From the IMG/VR virus record IMGVR_UViG_3300042356_001708, positions 1 to 64,000 of that record: a DNA stretch of 64,000 nucleotides; one strand, written 5' to 3'. Numbering within the stretch: the first letter of the stretch is position 1; each line of letters starts with the position of its first letter. Made by a program: the position numbers and the translations under genes. The DNA comes from a virus. The notes beneath the pieces were generated by a model. It was not told the origin of the DNA. It saw only the letters and a list, made by a program, of their open reading frames with translations, and did no database searches. This document shows, one piece after another, positions 30,321 through 39,852 of this stretch.

Positions 30321-30971
30321 ATGGCAACAAAATACATAATAGATAATTTATCAGGTCAAACTATAGTTGGTAACCTTACAATTAATGGTAATATGACCGT
30401 AACAGGGATTACAAATAATAGAACTTATAAAGCATTATTAACTCAAACACCTATCATAGTTACAAATACCATAAATAATTTATATGGAAAATTTATTATA
30501 GGTGAAACTTATACAATTACAGACTATGTTTCAAATGATGATTTTAGTAATATTGCCGACGTACAAAGTGGTGTAATAAATCAAACTGGATGTGTGTTTA
30601 TTGCCACGGGGGAGACCCCAAGTTATTGGGAAGATTTCTCAGAAATTACTTCGTCAGGTAATCTTTGTGTTTCAGTTCAGGAAAATACTTTGGGGTTTGA
30701 AATTAATTGGGGGAAGGTTTCTCCTGGAGATTACTATACTGGGGGAACTAACCCAATATCTGTAGACACATTCCCAAGAAATAATACAATTGTAAATACA
30801 CAATCAAAATATATAGAACCTATTGACGAATTTATAATTCCTTTTGTTTCATTAGCAAATATTAATAATCCTGATAGTTTTATTGTATTATATAATAAAG
30901 GAGTGACTGATTTTACTAATGTTTTAGATTCATTATTTTATACACCAATAGAAATAGTCATTAAGGACTAA
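30321..30971 (+). CDS. Putative tail fibre-associated protein
   Basis: GNLTINGNMTVTG beta-strand motif, TYKALLTQ, FYTPIEI; follows the fibre gene. Confidence 0.55.
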   Translation: MATKYIIDNLSGQTIVGNLTINGNMTVTGITNNRTYKALLTQTPIIVTNTINNLYGKFIIGETYTITDYVSNDDFSNIADVQSGVINQTGCVFIATGETPSYWEDFSEITSSGNLCVSVQENTLGFEINWGKVSPGDYYTGGTNPISVDTFPRNNTIVNTQSKYIEPIDEFIIPFVSLANINNPDSFIVLYNKGVTDFTNVLDSLFYTPIEIVIKD

Positions 30972-31000
30972 TAATTAATTTAAAACAATTAAATAATATT

Positions 31001-31249
31001 ATGAGAATAAATATTTTAACAGAGAATGATAAGGTAGAACAAGTTAGAGAAGCTTGGATAAATAAAAATGTAATGAAAATACCCTGCTCCCCAACAGGAG
31101 ATAAACCAGCAACACATTGGTTTTGTACAATGGCAGGGTCTGAGGAACAAATGATGAAGATTTACAATAAAAAAAATTTATCTATAATGGAGTTAGAAAT
31201 TGGACCAAAAGAATTTCTTAACAAATGGGGATTGAAAATCATAAGGTGA
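31001..31249 (+). CDS. Hypothetical protein
   Basis: 82-aa ORF. Confidence 0.65.
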   Translation: MRINILTENDKVEQVREAWINKNVMKIPCSPTGDKPATHWFCTMAGSEEQMMKIYNKKNLSIMELEIGPKEFLNKWGLKIIR

Positions 31250-31854
31250 TACGAAATTTTATAACTAAAGAAGAAGTTATAAAAATTTTAGATTGGGTAA
31301 ATCTACTAGTATCAAATAAAGGAAAACCAAATCATCATTTATCTGAAATTACAAAAGATTTAAATGGTAAATCTACTATTATAGATATTTCAAACAATAG
31401 TCTCACAAACTATATTACAAATTTTCAATCAGTTAGTCAGGTTCTAAAAATAGAAGTTCCTGACTTTATTAATAGGATAATTGACAGAATATCACATACT
31501 ATTAATATTCCGAAGGACAATATATTTTTACAAGTTGTTGATATGAACTCGGGGGGTAAGATAACACCCCATTATGACGCATCAATAGACGGATATATTA
31601 ATTATAAATGTAACATTAGTGTTTTGTCGGAAGATTATCAAATTTTTATAGGTGAAGACACACTTAATATTTCTGAGACTGATTTATATTGTTTTGAAGC
31701 CTCATTATATAAACACTGGACAAATGAATTTAAATCACGACGAGTATTTTTAAGTTTTGGGTTTATTTTACCTTATGAGAATTTAGGTAGAGATGAAAAC
31801 GACCCAAGAGTTAGATTAAGTCAAAGAATATATAAGTATTTCCAAAAGGTATAA
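31225..31854 (+). CDS. 2OG-Fe(II) oxygenase (prolyl-hydroxylase-like fold)
   Basis: IRNFIT.EE start, HxD (PHYD), distal His (YKHW) and Arg (SRRVFLSFGF). Confidence 0.75.
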   Translation: MGIENHKVIRNFITKEEVIKILDWVNLLVSNKGKPNHHLSEITKDLNGKSTIIDISNNSLTNYITNFQSVSQVLKIEVPDFINRIIDRISHTINIPKDNIFLQVVDMNSGGKITPHYDASIDGYINYKCNISVLSEDYQIFIGEDTLNISETDLYCFEASLYKHWTNEFKSRRVFLSFGFILPYENLGRDENDPRVRLSQRIYKYFQKV

Positions 31855-31881
31855 ATCATTTGTTTGGATATTTATTTTTAA

Positions 31882-33669
31882 ATGCCGTCAGTAGTAATTT
31901 TAAAAAGTGATAATTTTTCAGGTGATGTTGCTAATATCACATTCTACCCATTAACGGGTGGTAGTATTGACATTGGTACACAAACAATCCCTTATGTTTA
32001 TATTACAGATTATTATACAGGTACATATATTTTAAATTTCACAGAACAAAATCAAACTTGTGAATTAGTCATATCTGACACAACTACTACTACAACAACA
32101 ATAGAACCTCCTCAAGAGTTAATTAGGGGATTATATTTAAATGATTTAAACACTATTGTTGGTAATTCTATTGAAGAAAATTTATTGTTTAATTGGGTAT
32201 CAGGATGGGGAATAAATGAGGTTTATTGTTATGACCTATCATCAATACTATCCACAAACCAAGGTAAGACCAACATGAAGTTATTTAATACTACAATTAG
32301 AACTTATGGTGTTGATAAGATTGCGGGTATTGGTGGAAGTAGTAACAGATTAATCGGTAATGTGAGTAATTCAAGAGTTACTTATAATAATGAGTGTGAT
32401 AATGACTTACAAAAATTTGATATATTAAATTTTGAAAATGAGTTTTGGAATTATAATGGTGATGCACCATACATTAACCCAGGTCCTAATTTACAAATAA
32501 GATGGGATAACGGAACATCAGATGATTGGAAATCTGAGAATGAATTAATTTATTCATACGGACAAACAAACAACATCCCAACTGATTTTTATATGGGGCT
32601 ATTAAGAGATGGTAAAAATTTACCCCCAACCCCTCCATTAAATCAAAAGGTATCACCAATTGAAATTGTTGAGAACTTGGTGATGAATACTACAAGGATT
32701 TTAATTGATTGTTACTTAACTACAGATGATTTCACAGGAACAACAGACGCTGGATTTTTAGATTTGGTTGATAGATTGTCAATGATTGGAACCGCATCAA
32801 CTGCAAATTCCAAAGTTATGGATATTGTGGTTTTATTTAATGGTAAGGATGAATTTATGAAATCATATTTCGTAAATAACACATTTGATTCTGCATACTA
32901 CAATGTTCTATCTTCTTTTGAATCTTCATCATTTATAGGTAAAGAAGGTATTAATCTAACAGGATATATGATATATGGTTACCAACAAGTTAAGGATATC
33001 CAACCAATTGTTAGTACCTTATTGTTAGGTAGACAAGTATCAGTAGATATTAGAGATAGAAATTTTTTAATAAAAGATAAGATAATAGTATCCCCAAAAA
33101 AAATAACATCAAAATATTGGGCAGATAATGAATGGTGGGGAAACCAAGGAAACACACCACAATGTGTGGGTTACGCTTGGGCTCATTGGATTGAGGATGG
33201 TCCTGTAACTCATGGAGGTATTGCTCCAATAATACACCCAACTTTAATATATAAAGAGGCTCAGAAACTTGATGAGTGGATTGGTGAAAACTATGATGGG
33301 ACATCTGTTAGAGGGGCTGCAAAATATTTACAAAAAAATAAAAAAATTGGTAACTACTATTGGGCGTATGATGTTAATACTTTGATTAATACGGTACTAA
33401 ATGTAGGACCTGTTGTTGTTGGGACTTATTGGTATTTAAGAATGTTTTATCCTGATAGAAATGGTTTGATTAGAATTGGAGGTCCGATAGTTGGGGGTCA
33501 CGCATATGTTATTAATGGCGTAGATGTAAATAAGAAACTATTTAGAATTAAGAACAGTTGGGGAAGAAGATGGGGGGCTAATGGTTCAGCATACATATCT
33601 TTTAACGATATGAACACTTTAATAAAAATGGGTGGTGAAATTTGTTTGGCCACGGAAAATAGATTTTAA
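31882..33669 (+). CDS. Modular protein: N-terminal shared module, Thr linker, GH-like barrel, papain-like (C1) cysteine peptidase
   Basis: NQG.TPQCVGYA, GGHAYVING, IKNSWG..WG.NG give the Q/C/H/N catalytic set. Middle domain RGLYL...FDILNFENEFW is tentatively TIM-barrel/GH-like. Confidence 0.75.
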   Translation: MPSVVILKSDNFSGDVANITFYPLTGGSIDIGTQTIPYVYITDYYTGTYILNFTEQNQTCELVISDTTTTTTTIEPPQELIRGLYLNDLNTIVGNSIEENLLFNWVSGWGINEVYCYDLSSILSTNQGKTNMKLFNTTIRTYGVDKIAGIGGSSNRLIGNVSNSRVTYNNECDNDLQKFDILNFENEFWNYNGDAPYINPGPNLQIRWDNGTSDDWKSENELIYSYGQTNNIPTDFYMGLLRDGKNLPPTPPLNQKVSPIEIVENLVMNTTRILIDCYLTTDDFTGTTDAGFLDLVDRLSMIGTASTANSKVMDIVVLFNGKDEFMKSYFVNNTFDSAYYNVLSSFESSSFIGKEGINLTGYMIYGYQQVKDIQPIVSTLLLGRQVSVDIRDRNFLIKDKIIVSPKKITSKYWADNEWWGNQGNTPQCVGYAWAHWIEDGPVTHGGIAPIIHPTLIYKEAQKLDEWIGENYDGTSVRGAAKYLQKNKKIGNYYWAYDVNTLINTVLNVGPVVVGTYWYLRMFYPDRNGLIRIGGPIVGGHAYVINGVDVNKKLFRIKNSWGRRWGANGSAYISFNDMNTLIKMGGEICLATENRF

Positions 33670-33672
33670 TAA

Positions 33673-35058
33673 ATGTCACAATACGTAGAAATATCCGATA
33701 GTAACTATAGTGGTCAGACTGCATTAGTGACATTTAATGCCTTAGAGGGGGGAGTTTATGATTTAGGAGAACAGGTTGTTCCTTTTACATTCTATGGAGA
33801 TTCAATATCACCTGGATTTTCGGTGTATGGTGAGTATGTTTTATATTATGTCAGATTCTATAAAACATGTTCCATAAGTGTTTTACCAACCACAACTACA
33901 ACCACTATTCCAATCACAACTACTACAACAATACCTGTAACAACCACTACGACATTAGAACCGATTGTTTGTGATATTGATTATGAATTAAATTTTGTCC
34001 CACAAAATACTGAAGTTGAGTTAACCTCAGTGGTTAGTCCAGGTTCTGTTATCGTTGAATACAATTTAACTTCAAATAATGAATTAGAGTATGATTTAGA
34101 AGTTTCATTCACCCAAAGATTGGGGGTGTTAATTGGGGATGATATTATAATAAATTCATCTGTCACAATTTATAAAGGAAACCTTACAGGAACTACGTTA
34201 ATAAATCTTGATTATGATTATAACAATTTAAACGATACGTCAGAATTTACTAATTTATTGTTTAATCCATTAGATATTAATATTGGGTTTATATTTTCTT
34301 CAGATACCGTTTTTACTCCCCAAGTAACCTTAACTCCTACACCATCAGTTACTGAAACTAGCACTCCTACTCCTACACCATCAGTTACTGAAACTAGCAC
34401 TCCTACTCCTACACCATCAGTTACTGAAACTAGTACACCCACACCTACTCCATCAGTTACTGAAACTAGTACTCCTACACCTACTCCATCAGTTACTGAA
34501 ACTAGTACACCTACACCTACCCCATCAGTTACTGAAACTAGTACACCTACACCTACCCCATCAGTTACTGAAACTAGTACGCCCACTCCTACACCTACCC
34601 CATCAGTTACTGAAACTAGTACGCCCACTCCTACACCTACCCCATCAGTTACTGAAACTAGTACGCCCACTCCTACACCTACCCCATCAGTTACTGAAAC
34701 TAGTACACCTACACCTACCCCATCAGCAAGTGAAATACCTATAAGTGATAACTTTACTTGGTCATTTGACGACCAAACAGGTTCTGAATTAAATACATAT
34801 GTAATCTTGCTGAATGGTTCTACAGTCGTTAATACAAACCGTAGTGGTGCAGGTTCATTTAAAGTTTCGGATAAAAATGGCATTAGAATTATTTTAACAA
34901 TTAATGATGGGGTTTCAGCAACATCCCAACTTGATGAAGACGGTAGTTTAATATATGATGAAACTTCTGGAAGAATCCCTGAAACTTTAGATAGTGGGGT
35001 TATAAGTATAGTTGGTGGGTCAATTTATGTTGCTACCGGAATTATAACTACCAAATAA
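33673..35058 (+). CDS. Mucin-like putative virion protein with Thr runs and PSVTETSTPT repeats
   Basis: Shared N-terminal module, three Thr runs, a domain duplicated in 24127..28086, ten repeat units. Confidence 0.7.
   Translation: MSQYVEISDSNYSGQTALVTFNALEGGVYDLGEQVVPFTFYGDSISPGFSVYGEYVLYYVRFYKTCSISVLPTTTTTTIPITTTTTIPVTTTTTLEPIVCDIDYELNFVPQNTEVELTSVVSPGSVIVEYNLTSNNELEYDLEVSFTQRLGVLIGDDIIINSSVTIYKGNLTGTTLINLDYDYNNLNDTSEFTNLLFNPLDINIGFIFSSDTVFTPQVTLTPTPSVTETSTPTPTPSVTETSTPTPTPSVTETSTPTPTPSVTETSTPTPTPSVTETSTPTPTPSVTETSTPTPTPSVTETSTPTPTPTPSVTETSTPTPTPTPSVTETSTPTPTPTPSVTETSTPTPTPSASEIPISDNFTWSFDDQTGSELNTYVILLNGSTVVNTNRSGAGSFKVSDKNGIRIILTINDGVSATSQLDEDGSLIYDETSGRIPETLDSGVISIVGGSIYVATGIITTK
34333..34728 (+). 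repeat. Coding tandem repeat: 10 units of 36 bp (then 42 bp) encoding SVTETS(TP)3-4
   Basis: Core catcagttactgaaactag recurs at 36-nt then 42-nt spacing. Confidence 0.95.
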
Positions 35059-35071
35059 AATATATAATAAT

Positions 35072-35578
35072 ATGGGAACGATAATTACATTAAAGAGTCA
35101 AAATTTTTCAGGTGATGTTGCAAATATTACTTTCCATCCTTTAAGCGGGGGAACTTCTGTTAACTTAGGAAATCATTTAATACCATATAGTTTTGAATCG
35201 GACTATTATTTAGGGACTTATGACCTTTTTTTCTTGGATAAAAACCAAAATTGTGAACTCATAATTGAGCCCACAACAACAACTACGACAGAACCACCAA
35301 CCTTCACTTATTTCACCAGTGCTAGAAGTTGTGAGGTCTGCACTCCAACAGAATGTAGTCAATTTTTATCTCAAAGCACGGGTGGTTATATGTTTAATTT
35401 TATAACAACAGAACCTATTACATTACCTATCTTGTTAACAATTGACGGATGTTGTATGTTTATTGACGTAACAATGGAAATTATAGTTCCTGGATACTCA
35501 ACATTTAATGTTGACCAAACTCAAATACAATCAGTTAATGGGACAATTTCTGAAGCATGTCCCCAATGTAATAATTAA
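35072..35578 (+). CDS. Small protein: shared N-terminal module, Thr linker, Cys-rich C-terminus
   Basis: LKSQNFSGDVANITF is nearly identical to the start of 31882; EPTTTTTTEPP linker; CEVC and CPQC. Confidence 0.7.
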   Translation: MGTIITLKSQNFSGDVANITFHPLSGGTSVNLGNHLIPYSFESDYYLGTYDLFFLDKNQNCELIIEPTTTTTTEPPTFTYFTSARSCEVCTPTECSQFLSQSTGGYMFNFITTEPITLPILLTIDGCCMFIDVTMEIIVPGYSTFNVDQTQIQSVNGTISEACPQCNN

Positions 35579-35632
35579 AAAATAATATTTATATTTTACT
35601 ACTTTAGTTTAAGTTTTTAAAAAACTATAGTT

Positions 35633-36883
35633 ATGAAAATTTTTATACAGATTGCGTCATATCGTGACCCGCAACTTATTCCAACAATTAAATCTGCTAT
35701 TGAAAACGCCAAAAACCCAAAGAATCTAAGATTCGGTATTGCTAGACAATTTCATCCCGACGATAAGTTTGATGATTTGTCAGAATATAAAAAAGATAGA
35801 CGATTCAGAATTTTAGACATACCCCACAATGAATCTCAAGGAGCTTGTTGGGCGAGAAACTTAATCCAACAACTTTATAAAAAAGAAGAATATACACTTC
35901 AAATTGATTCTCATATGAGATTTGAAAAGAATTGGGATGAGATGTGTATTAATATGATTACCGACTTACAGGCTAAAGGTCATGAAAAACCTTTATTAAC
36001 GGGATATGTTCCATCATTTGACCCTGATAACGACCCATCATCTCGTGTTAAAGAACCTTGGAGAATGGTGTTTGATAGGTTTATTCCTGAAGGAGCAATC
36101 TTCTTTTTACCTGAGGTAATACCTGGTCATAGAAATGTAAAAAGACCTGTTAATGCAAGATTTTATTCCGCACATTTTTGTTTCACGTTAGGTGAGTTCG
36201 CAAAAGAAGTCCAACATGACCCATTATACTATTTTCACGGGGAAGAGATTTCAATTGCGGTTAGAGCGTATACTCACGGATATGATTTATTCCACCCTCA
36301 TAAAATTGTTTGTTGGCACGAATACACAAGAAAGGGTAGAACAAAACAATGGGATGATGATAAAGCATGGGTAGAAAAAAATACCAAGTCACATAAAAGA
36401 AATAGACAATTATTCTCAATGGATGGTGAAATTTATAATCCTGAAGAATTTGGAACTTTTGGTTTTGGAACTGAAAGAACCTTAAAGGACTATGAAAAAT
36501 ATGCAGGTATTAGTTTCGGTAAGAGAGCAATTCAACAATACACAATCAATAAACAAGACCCACCAAATCCGTATAATTATGAAACTGAAGAAGAGTGGGA
36601 AAACAGTTTTAGTAGAGTGTTTAAACATTGTATTGATGTTGGATTTTCACAAGTACCTGAAACTGATTATGACTTTTGGGTGGTTGCATTCCATAATGAA
36701 AATAATGAAACCATTTTCCGTAAAGATGCCGACATCAATGAAATTAACAGAATGAAAATGGACCCAGATGGGTATTGTAAAGTATGGAGAGAATTCCAAA
36801 CTGCTGACCAACCAAAGTATTGGGTTGTTTGGCCATACTCAAAATCTAAAGGGTGGTGTGATAGGATAACTGGAAATTTATAA
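35633..36883 (+). CDS. GT60-family polypeptide/hydroxyproline alpha-GlcNAc transferase (Gnt1-like, Pfam GlcNAc type)
   Basis: IFIQIASYRDP, GACWAR, LQIDSHMRF...WD, LLTGY, FYSAHFCF, EV.HDP..YF.GEE....R.YT.GYDLF.P, HEY.R are the hallmark motifs of Dictyostelium Skp1 Gnt1-type enzymes. Confidence 0.85.
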   Translation: MKIFIQIASYRDPQLIPTIKSAIENAKNPKNLRFGIARQFHPDDKFDDLSEYKKDRRFRILDIPHNESQGACWARNLIQQLYKKEEYTLQIDSHMRFEKNWDEMCINMITDLQAKGHEKPLLTGYVPSFDPDNDPSSRVKEPWRMVFDRFIPEGAIFFLPEVIPGHRNVKRPVNARFYSAHFCFTLGEFAKEVQHDPLYYFHGEEISIAVRAYTHGYDLFHPHKIVCWHEYTRKGRTKQWDDDKAWVEKNTKSHKRNRQLFSMDGEIYNPEEFGTFGFGTERTLKDYEKYAGISFGKRAIQQYTINKQDPPNPYNYETEEEWENSFSRVFKHCIDVGFSQVPETDYDFWVVAFHNENNETIFRKDADINEINRMKMDPDGYCKVWREFQTADQPKYWVVWPYSKSKGWCDRITGNL

Positions 36884-36886
36884 AAA

Positions 36887-38935
36887 ATGGAATACATTTC
36901 ACAATTAGGTCAAGATAAGTTTATTGATGAATTTTTTGAAAAAAAACAAAACGGTTTTTTTATTGATATTGGTGCAAATGAAGGTGTTGAAATTTCAAAC
37001 ACTTATTTTTTGGAAAAAAATAGAAATTGGAAAGGAATATGTATTGAACCATTACCTATTGAATTTGAAAAACTTACTAAAAATCGGACATCAATTAATT
37101 TGAATTTATGTGTATCAGATTTTAATGGGGAAACTGATTTTACATACATTGAAGGATTTTCAAACATGCTTTCAGGAATTTCAGATAAGTACAATCAAAA
37201 TCATAAAGAGAGGATATTACGTGAAGTAGACCACTATGGGGGTAAAATACATAATATTAATGTACCAGTTAGAACTTTAGAAAGTATATTAGATGAATAT
37301 AATGTAACAGAAGTTGATTTTTGTTCAATAGATACTGAAGGTTCTGAGCTTAGTATTGTTAAGTCAATAAACTTTGATAAAACATTTATCAAAGTTTTTA
37401 TAATTGAAAACAATTACCAAGAAAGTACAATTGAAGATTTTTTAAAAACTAAAGGATTCTTTTTATATAAAAAAATTGAGTGGGATGATGTTTTTGTAAA
37501 TGAAAAATTAATAAAGAAAAAATATATGAAACATTTTTATAATACAATAGATAGTGAAGTTTGGTTTGACTATCAAAATGTATATAGTTACATGGTTAAA
37601 AAATTTCCATCAGGTAGTCATTTTGTAGAAGTTGGTTCTTGGAAGGGAATGAGCTCTTGTTACATGGCGGTGGAAATAATTAACTCTGAAAAAGAAATTA
37701 AATTTGATTGTGTTGATTTTTGGGAATACACACCAACCCAAAAGGATATCCATAGAAGTAGTTTTAATAATTTATATGAAATTTTTAAAAAGAATACTAG
37801 TCCGGTTTCTCACGTTATAAATGACATAAAGATGTTATCGCATGAGGCGTCAAAATTGTACTCTGATGGGACATTAGATTTTATTTATATTGATGGCGCT
37901 CACGATTATGACAATGTTAAATTAGATATTGAATCATGGTTTCCAAAATTAAAAATTGGGGGAATTATTGCAGGTCATAGTTATACTCACCCTCCCGTAA
38001 AAACAGCGGTTGATGAATTTTTTGGAATAAAAAATATTAAATTTATACATAATTCTTGGTCATTTGAGAAAACAAAATCTGAAATTGATAATAGAGAAGA
38101 AATTATTGAAGAAATAATTATTCCATTTGATTATGAAGAAGAATTAAAAAAAGTTAAAAATAACATATTAGTATCTGCGATATCTTTTGTTAACACAGTT
38201 AAGAAAGGGTCTGAAATATACACAACCTTTGCAAAAAGGTTAATTAAAGATGTTTTAACTAAAACCCCATACGACATAATGGTATCAACAAACGCCCCTG
38301 AATATTTTGAAGAGTACAGTGGTATTGATAGGGTTTTTATTAAACACGAACCATTATATTATCATAAAACTCATGTTGGGGCATTCAATCAATTATTAAA
38401 ATTTTACGCAATAAAGGAAATCAATAAAAAATATGATTGGGTGTTGTATTTGGATTGTGACGCCGGACTTACTGAAAAAGTTAATGTTACAGACATTGAC
38501 AATTATCTATCTTATTTGGACTCAATAAATTTTGATATGTCCGCATTAAGAACACAGGCAACCTATGAAGAATCGGAACGAGAGTATATTGCAACAAAAG
38601 ATAAAAAGTCATTTCCAGTCCCACTGTTTAATAAAAAATTTATGTTTTACGGATTTAATGACAAATGGAGAGGTGCTAAATTACCCAGTGAACATATTTT
38701 ACTAATAAAAAATAATGAAAAATTACCAGTTATGGCACACCATTTTGAAAATTTTTGTTCATGGTTTGAAACCCAAGAGCCAAATAATATTATAACCTTT
38801 GATATGGAAGCCTTTGAGATTGGTGTGTCGGCACATTTGGCGGGATTTAATATGGATGAAATGACATGGGGAAGACAATGTGAAATATTCAAAGTTGGGT
38901 TTAACTATAACAATTGGGAAAAAATTAAAGTCTAA
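36887..38935 (+). CDS. Fusion: FkbM methyltransferase, Methyltransf_24, GT-A glycosyltransferase
   Basis: SQLGQD, FIDIGANEG..SNT, SIDTEGSE; EVGSWKG.S, YIDGAHDY; C-terminal YDWVLYLDCD (DxD). Confidence 0.8.
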   Translation: MEYISQLGQDKFIDEFFEKKQNGFFIDIGANEGVEISNTYFLEKNRNWKGICIEPLPIEFEKLTKNRTSINLNLCVSDFNGETDFTYIEGFSNMLSGISDKYNQNHKERILREVDHYGGKIHNINVPVRTLESILDEYNVTEVDFCSIDTEGSELSIVKSINFDKTFIKVFIIENNYQESTIEDFLKTKGFFLYKKIEWDDVFVNEKLIKKKYMKHFYNTIDSEVWFDYQNVYSYMVKKFPSGSHFVEVGSWKGMSSCYMAVEIINSEKEIKFDCVDFWEYTPTQKDIHRSSFNNLYEIFKKNTSPVSHVINDIKMLSHEASKLYSDGTLDFIYIDGAHDYDNVKLDIESWFPKLKIGGIIAGHSYTHPPVKTAVDEFFGIKNIKFIHNSWSFEKTKSEIDNREEIIEEIIIPFDYEEELKKVKNNILVSAISFVNTVKKGSEIYTTFAKRLIKDVLTKTPYDIMVSTNAPEYFEEYSGIDRVFIKHEPLYYHKTHVGAFNQLLKFYAIKEINKKYDWVLYLDCDAGLTEKVNVTDIDNYLSYLDSINFDMSALRTQATYEESEREYIATKDKKSFPVPLFNKKFMFYGFNDKWRGAKLPSEHILLIKNNEKLPVMAHHFENFCSWFETQEPNNIITFDMEAFEIGVSAHLAGFNMDEMTWGRQCEIFKVGFNYNNWEKIKV

Positions 38936-39852
38936 TGAAAAAAATTAAAATTTGTTCTAATTGGGATACTCCCCAAAATATGACTAAAAGACTCTTGGAC
39001 CAATTCAAAACCTCAGATGAGGATATTTCTAATATTGAATTTGTTTATGATAATTCTTATGACTTAATAATATTCAGTAATTATATAACTGAAGATGTTA
39101 TTGAAAATAAAGATGCTGTAATATTTTTTCATGAACCAACATGGACTGGAAATCACCAAAAAAATTTTTTAGGGTTTAAAAATTTAAAAATTTTTGGACA
39201 TGATAAAAATAAATATAATTCAGAAAGCGAAGTTATTGAAACCCCATCACTCATGTTTTATGGAGGTAGAGGACCTCAATCAGAAGGATGGGAATTTTGG
39301 AATTTTAAAAATTTAACAAGTAAGGAGTTTAAAAAAAATAAAAAAATATCATCAATTGTTTCTAAATTGGGTAAAAATAATCACGGATATCCAAATGAAT
39401 GCTTGTATATTGATAGATATAATTTAATTTATAGATTAAGTGAAAATTGTAATTTCATTGATTTTTTTGGATGGGAAGGGGATAAACCAAATTTAAAAGG
39501 GTTTATAAACGAAAAAAAAGAAGGAATTGTTGATTATAAATTTTCAATATGTATTGAAAACTCTAATGAAAAAAATTATATATCTGAAAAATTTTACGAT
39601 TGTATTTTAACGGATACCATCCCAATCTATTTTGGTTGTAAAAATATTAAAGAAATATGGTCATACAACGGGTACATTTTATTAGATAGTATTACCGATT
39701 ATCAAAAAATTGAAGATATACTTAATTACATTCATACAAATTGCGATTACCTTTATGATGTTATGTTACCTGAATTAAAAAAAATCAAAGAAGAGTATTT
39801 TAATAAAAATAATTTACTAAAGAAAATAAATGATATTGCCGGTAACATATGA
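38935..39852 (+). CDS. GT10-like (alpha-1,3-fucosyltransferase-type) glycosyltransferase
   Basis: YKFSICIENS...YISEKFYDC....TIPIYFG matches the GT10 fucosyltransferase motif. Confidence 0.8.
   Translation: MKKIKICSNWDTPQNMTKRLLDQFKTSDEDISNIEFVYDNSYDLIIFSNYITEDVIENKDAVIFFHEPTWTGNHQKNFLGFKNLKIFGHDKNKYNSESEVIETPSLMFYGGRGPQSEGWEFWNFKNLTSKEFKKNKKISSIVSKLGKNNHGYPNECLYIDRYNLIYRLSENCNFIDFFGWEGDKPNLKGFINEKKEGIVDYKFSICIENSNEKNYISEKFYDCILTDTIPIYFGCKNIKEIWSYNGYILLDSITDYQKIEDILNYIHTNCDYLYDVMLPELKKIKEEYFNKNNLLKKINDIAGNI

Noticed and set aside
34333-34728. Regularly spaced 36-42 bp repeats resembling a CRISPR array
   Set aside because: No unique spacers, unit lengths are multiples of 3, the repeats are in frame in a CDS, and no cas genes are present.
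34218-34883. 221-aa minus-strand ORF with GVGVGVLVSVTD repeats
   Set aside because: Antisense shadow of the Thr/Pro repeat.
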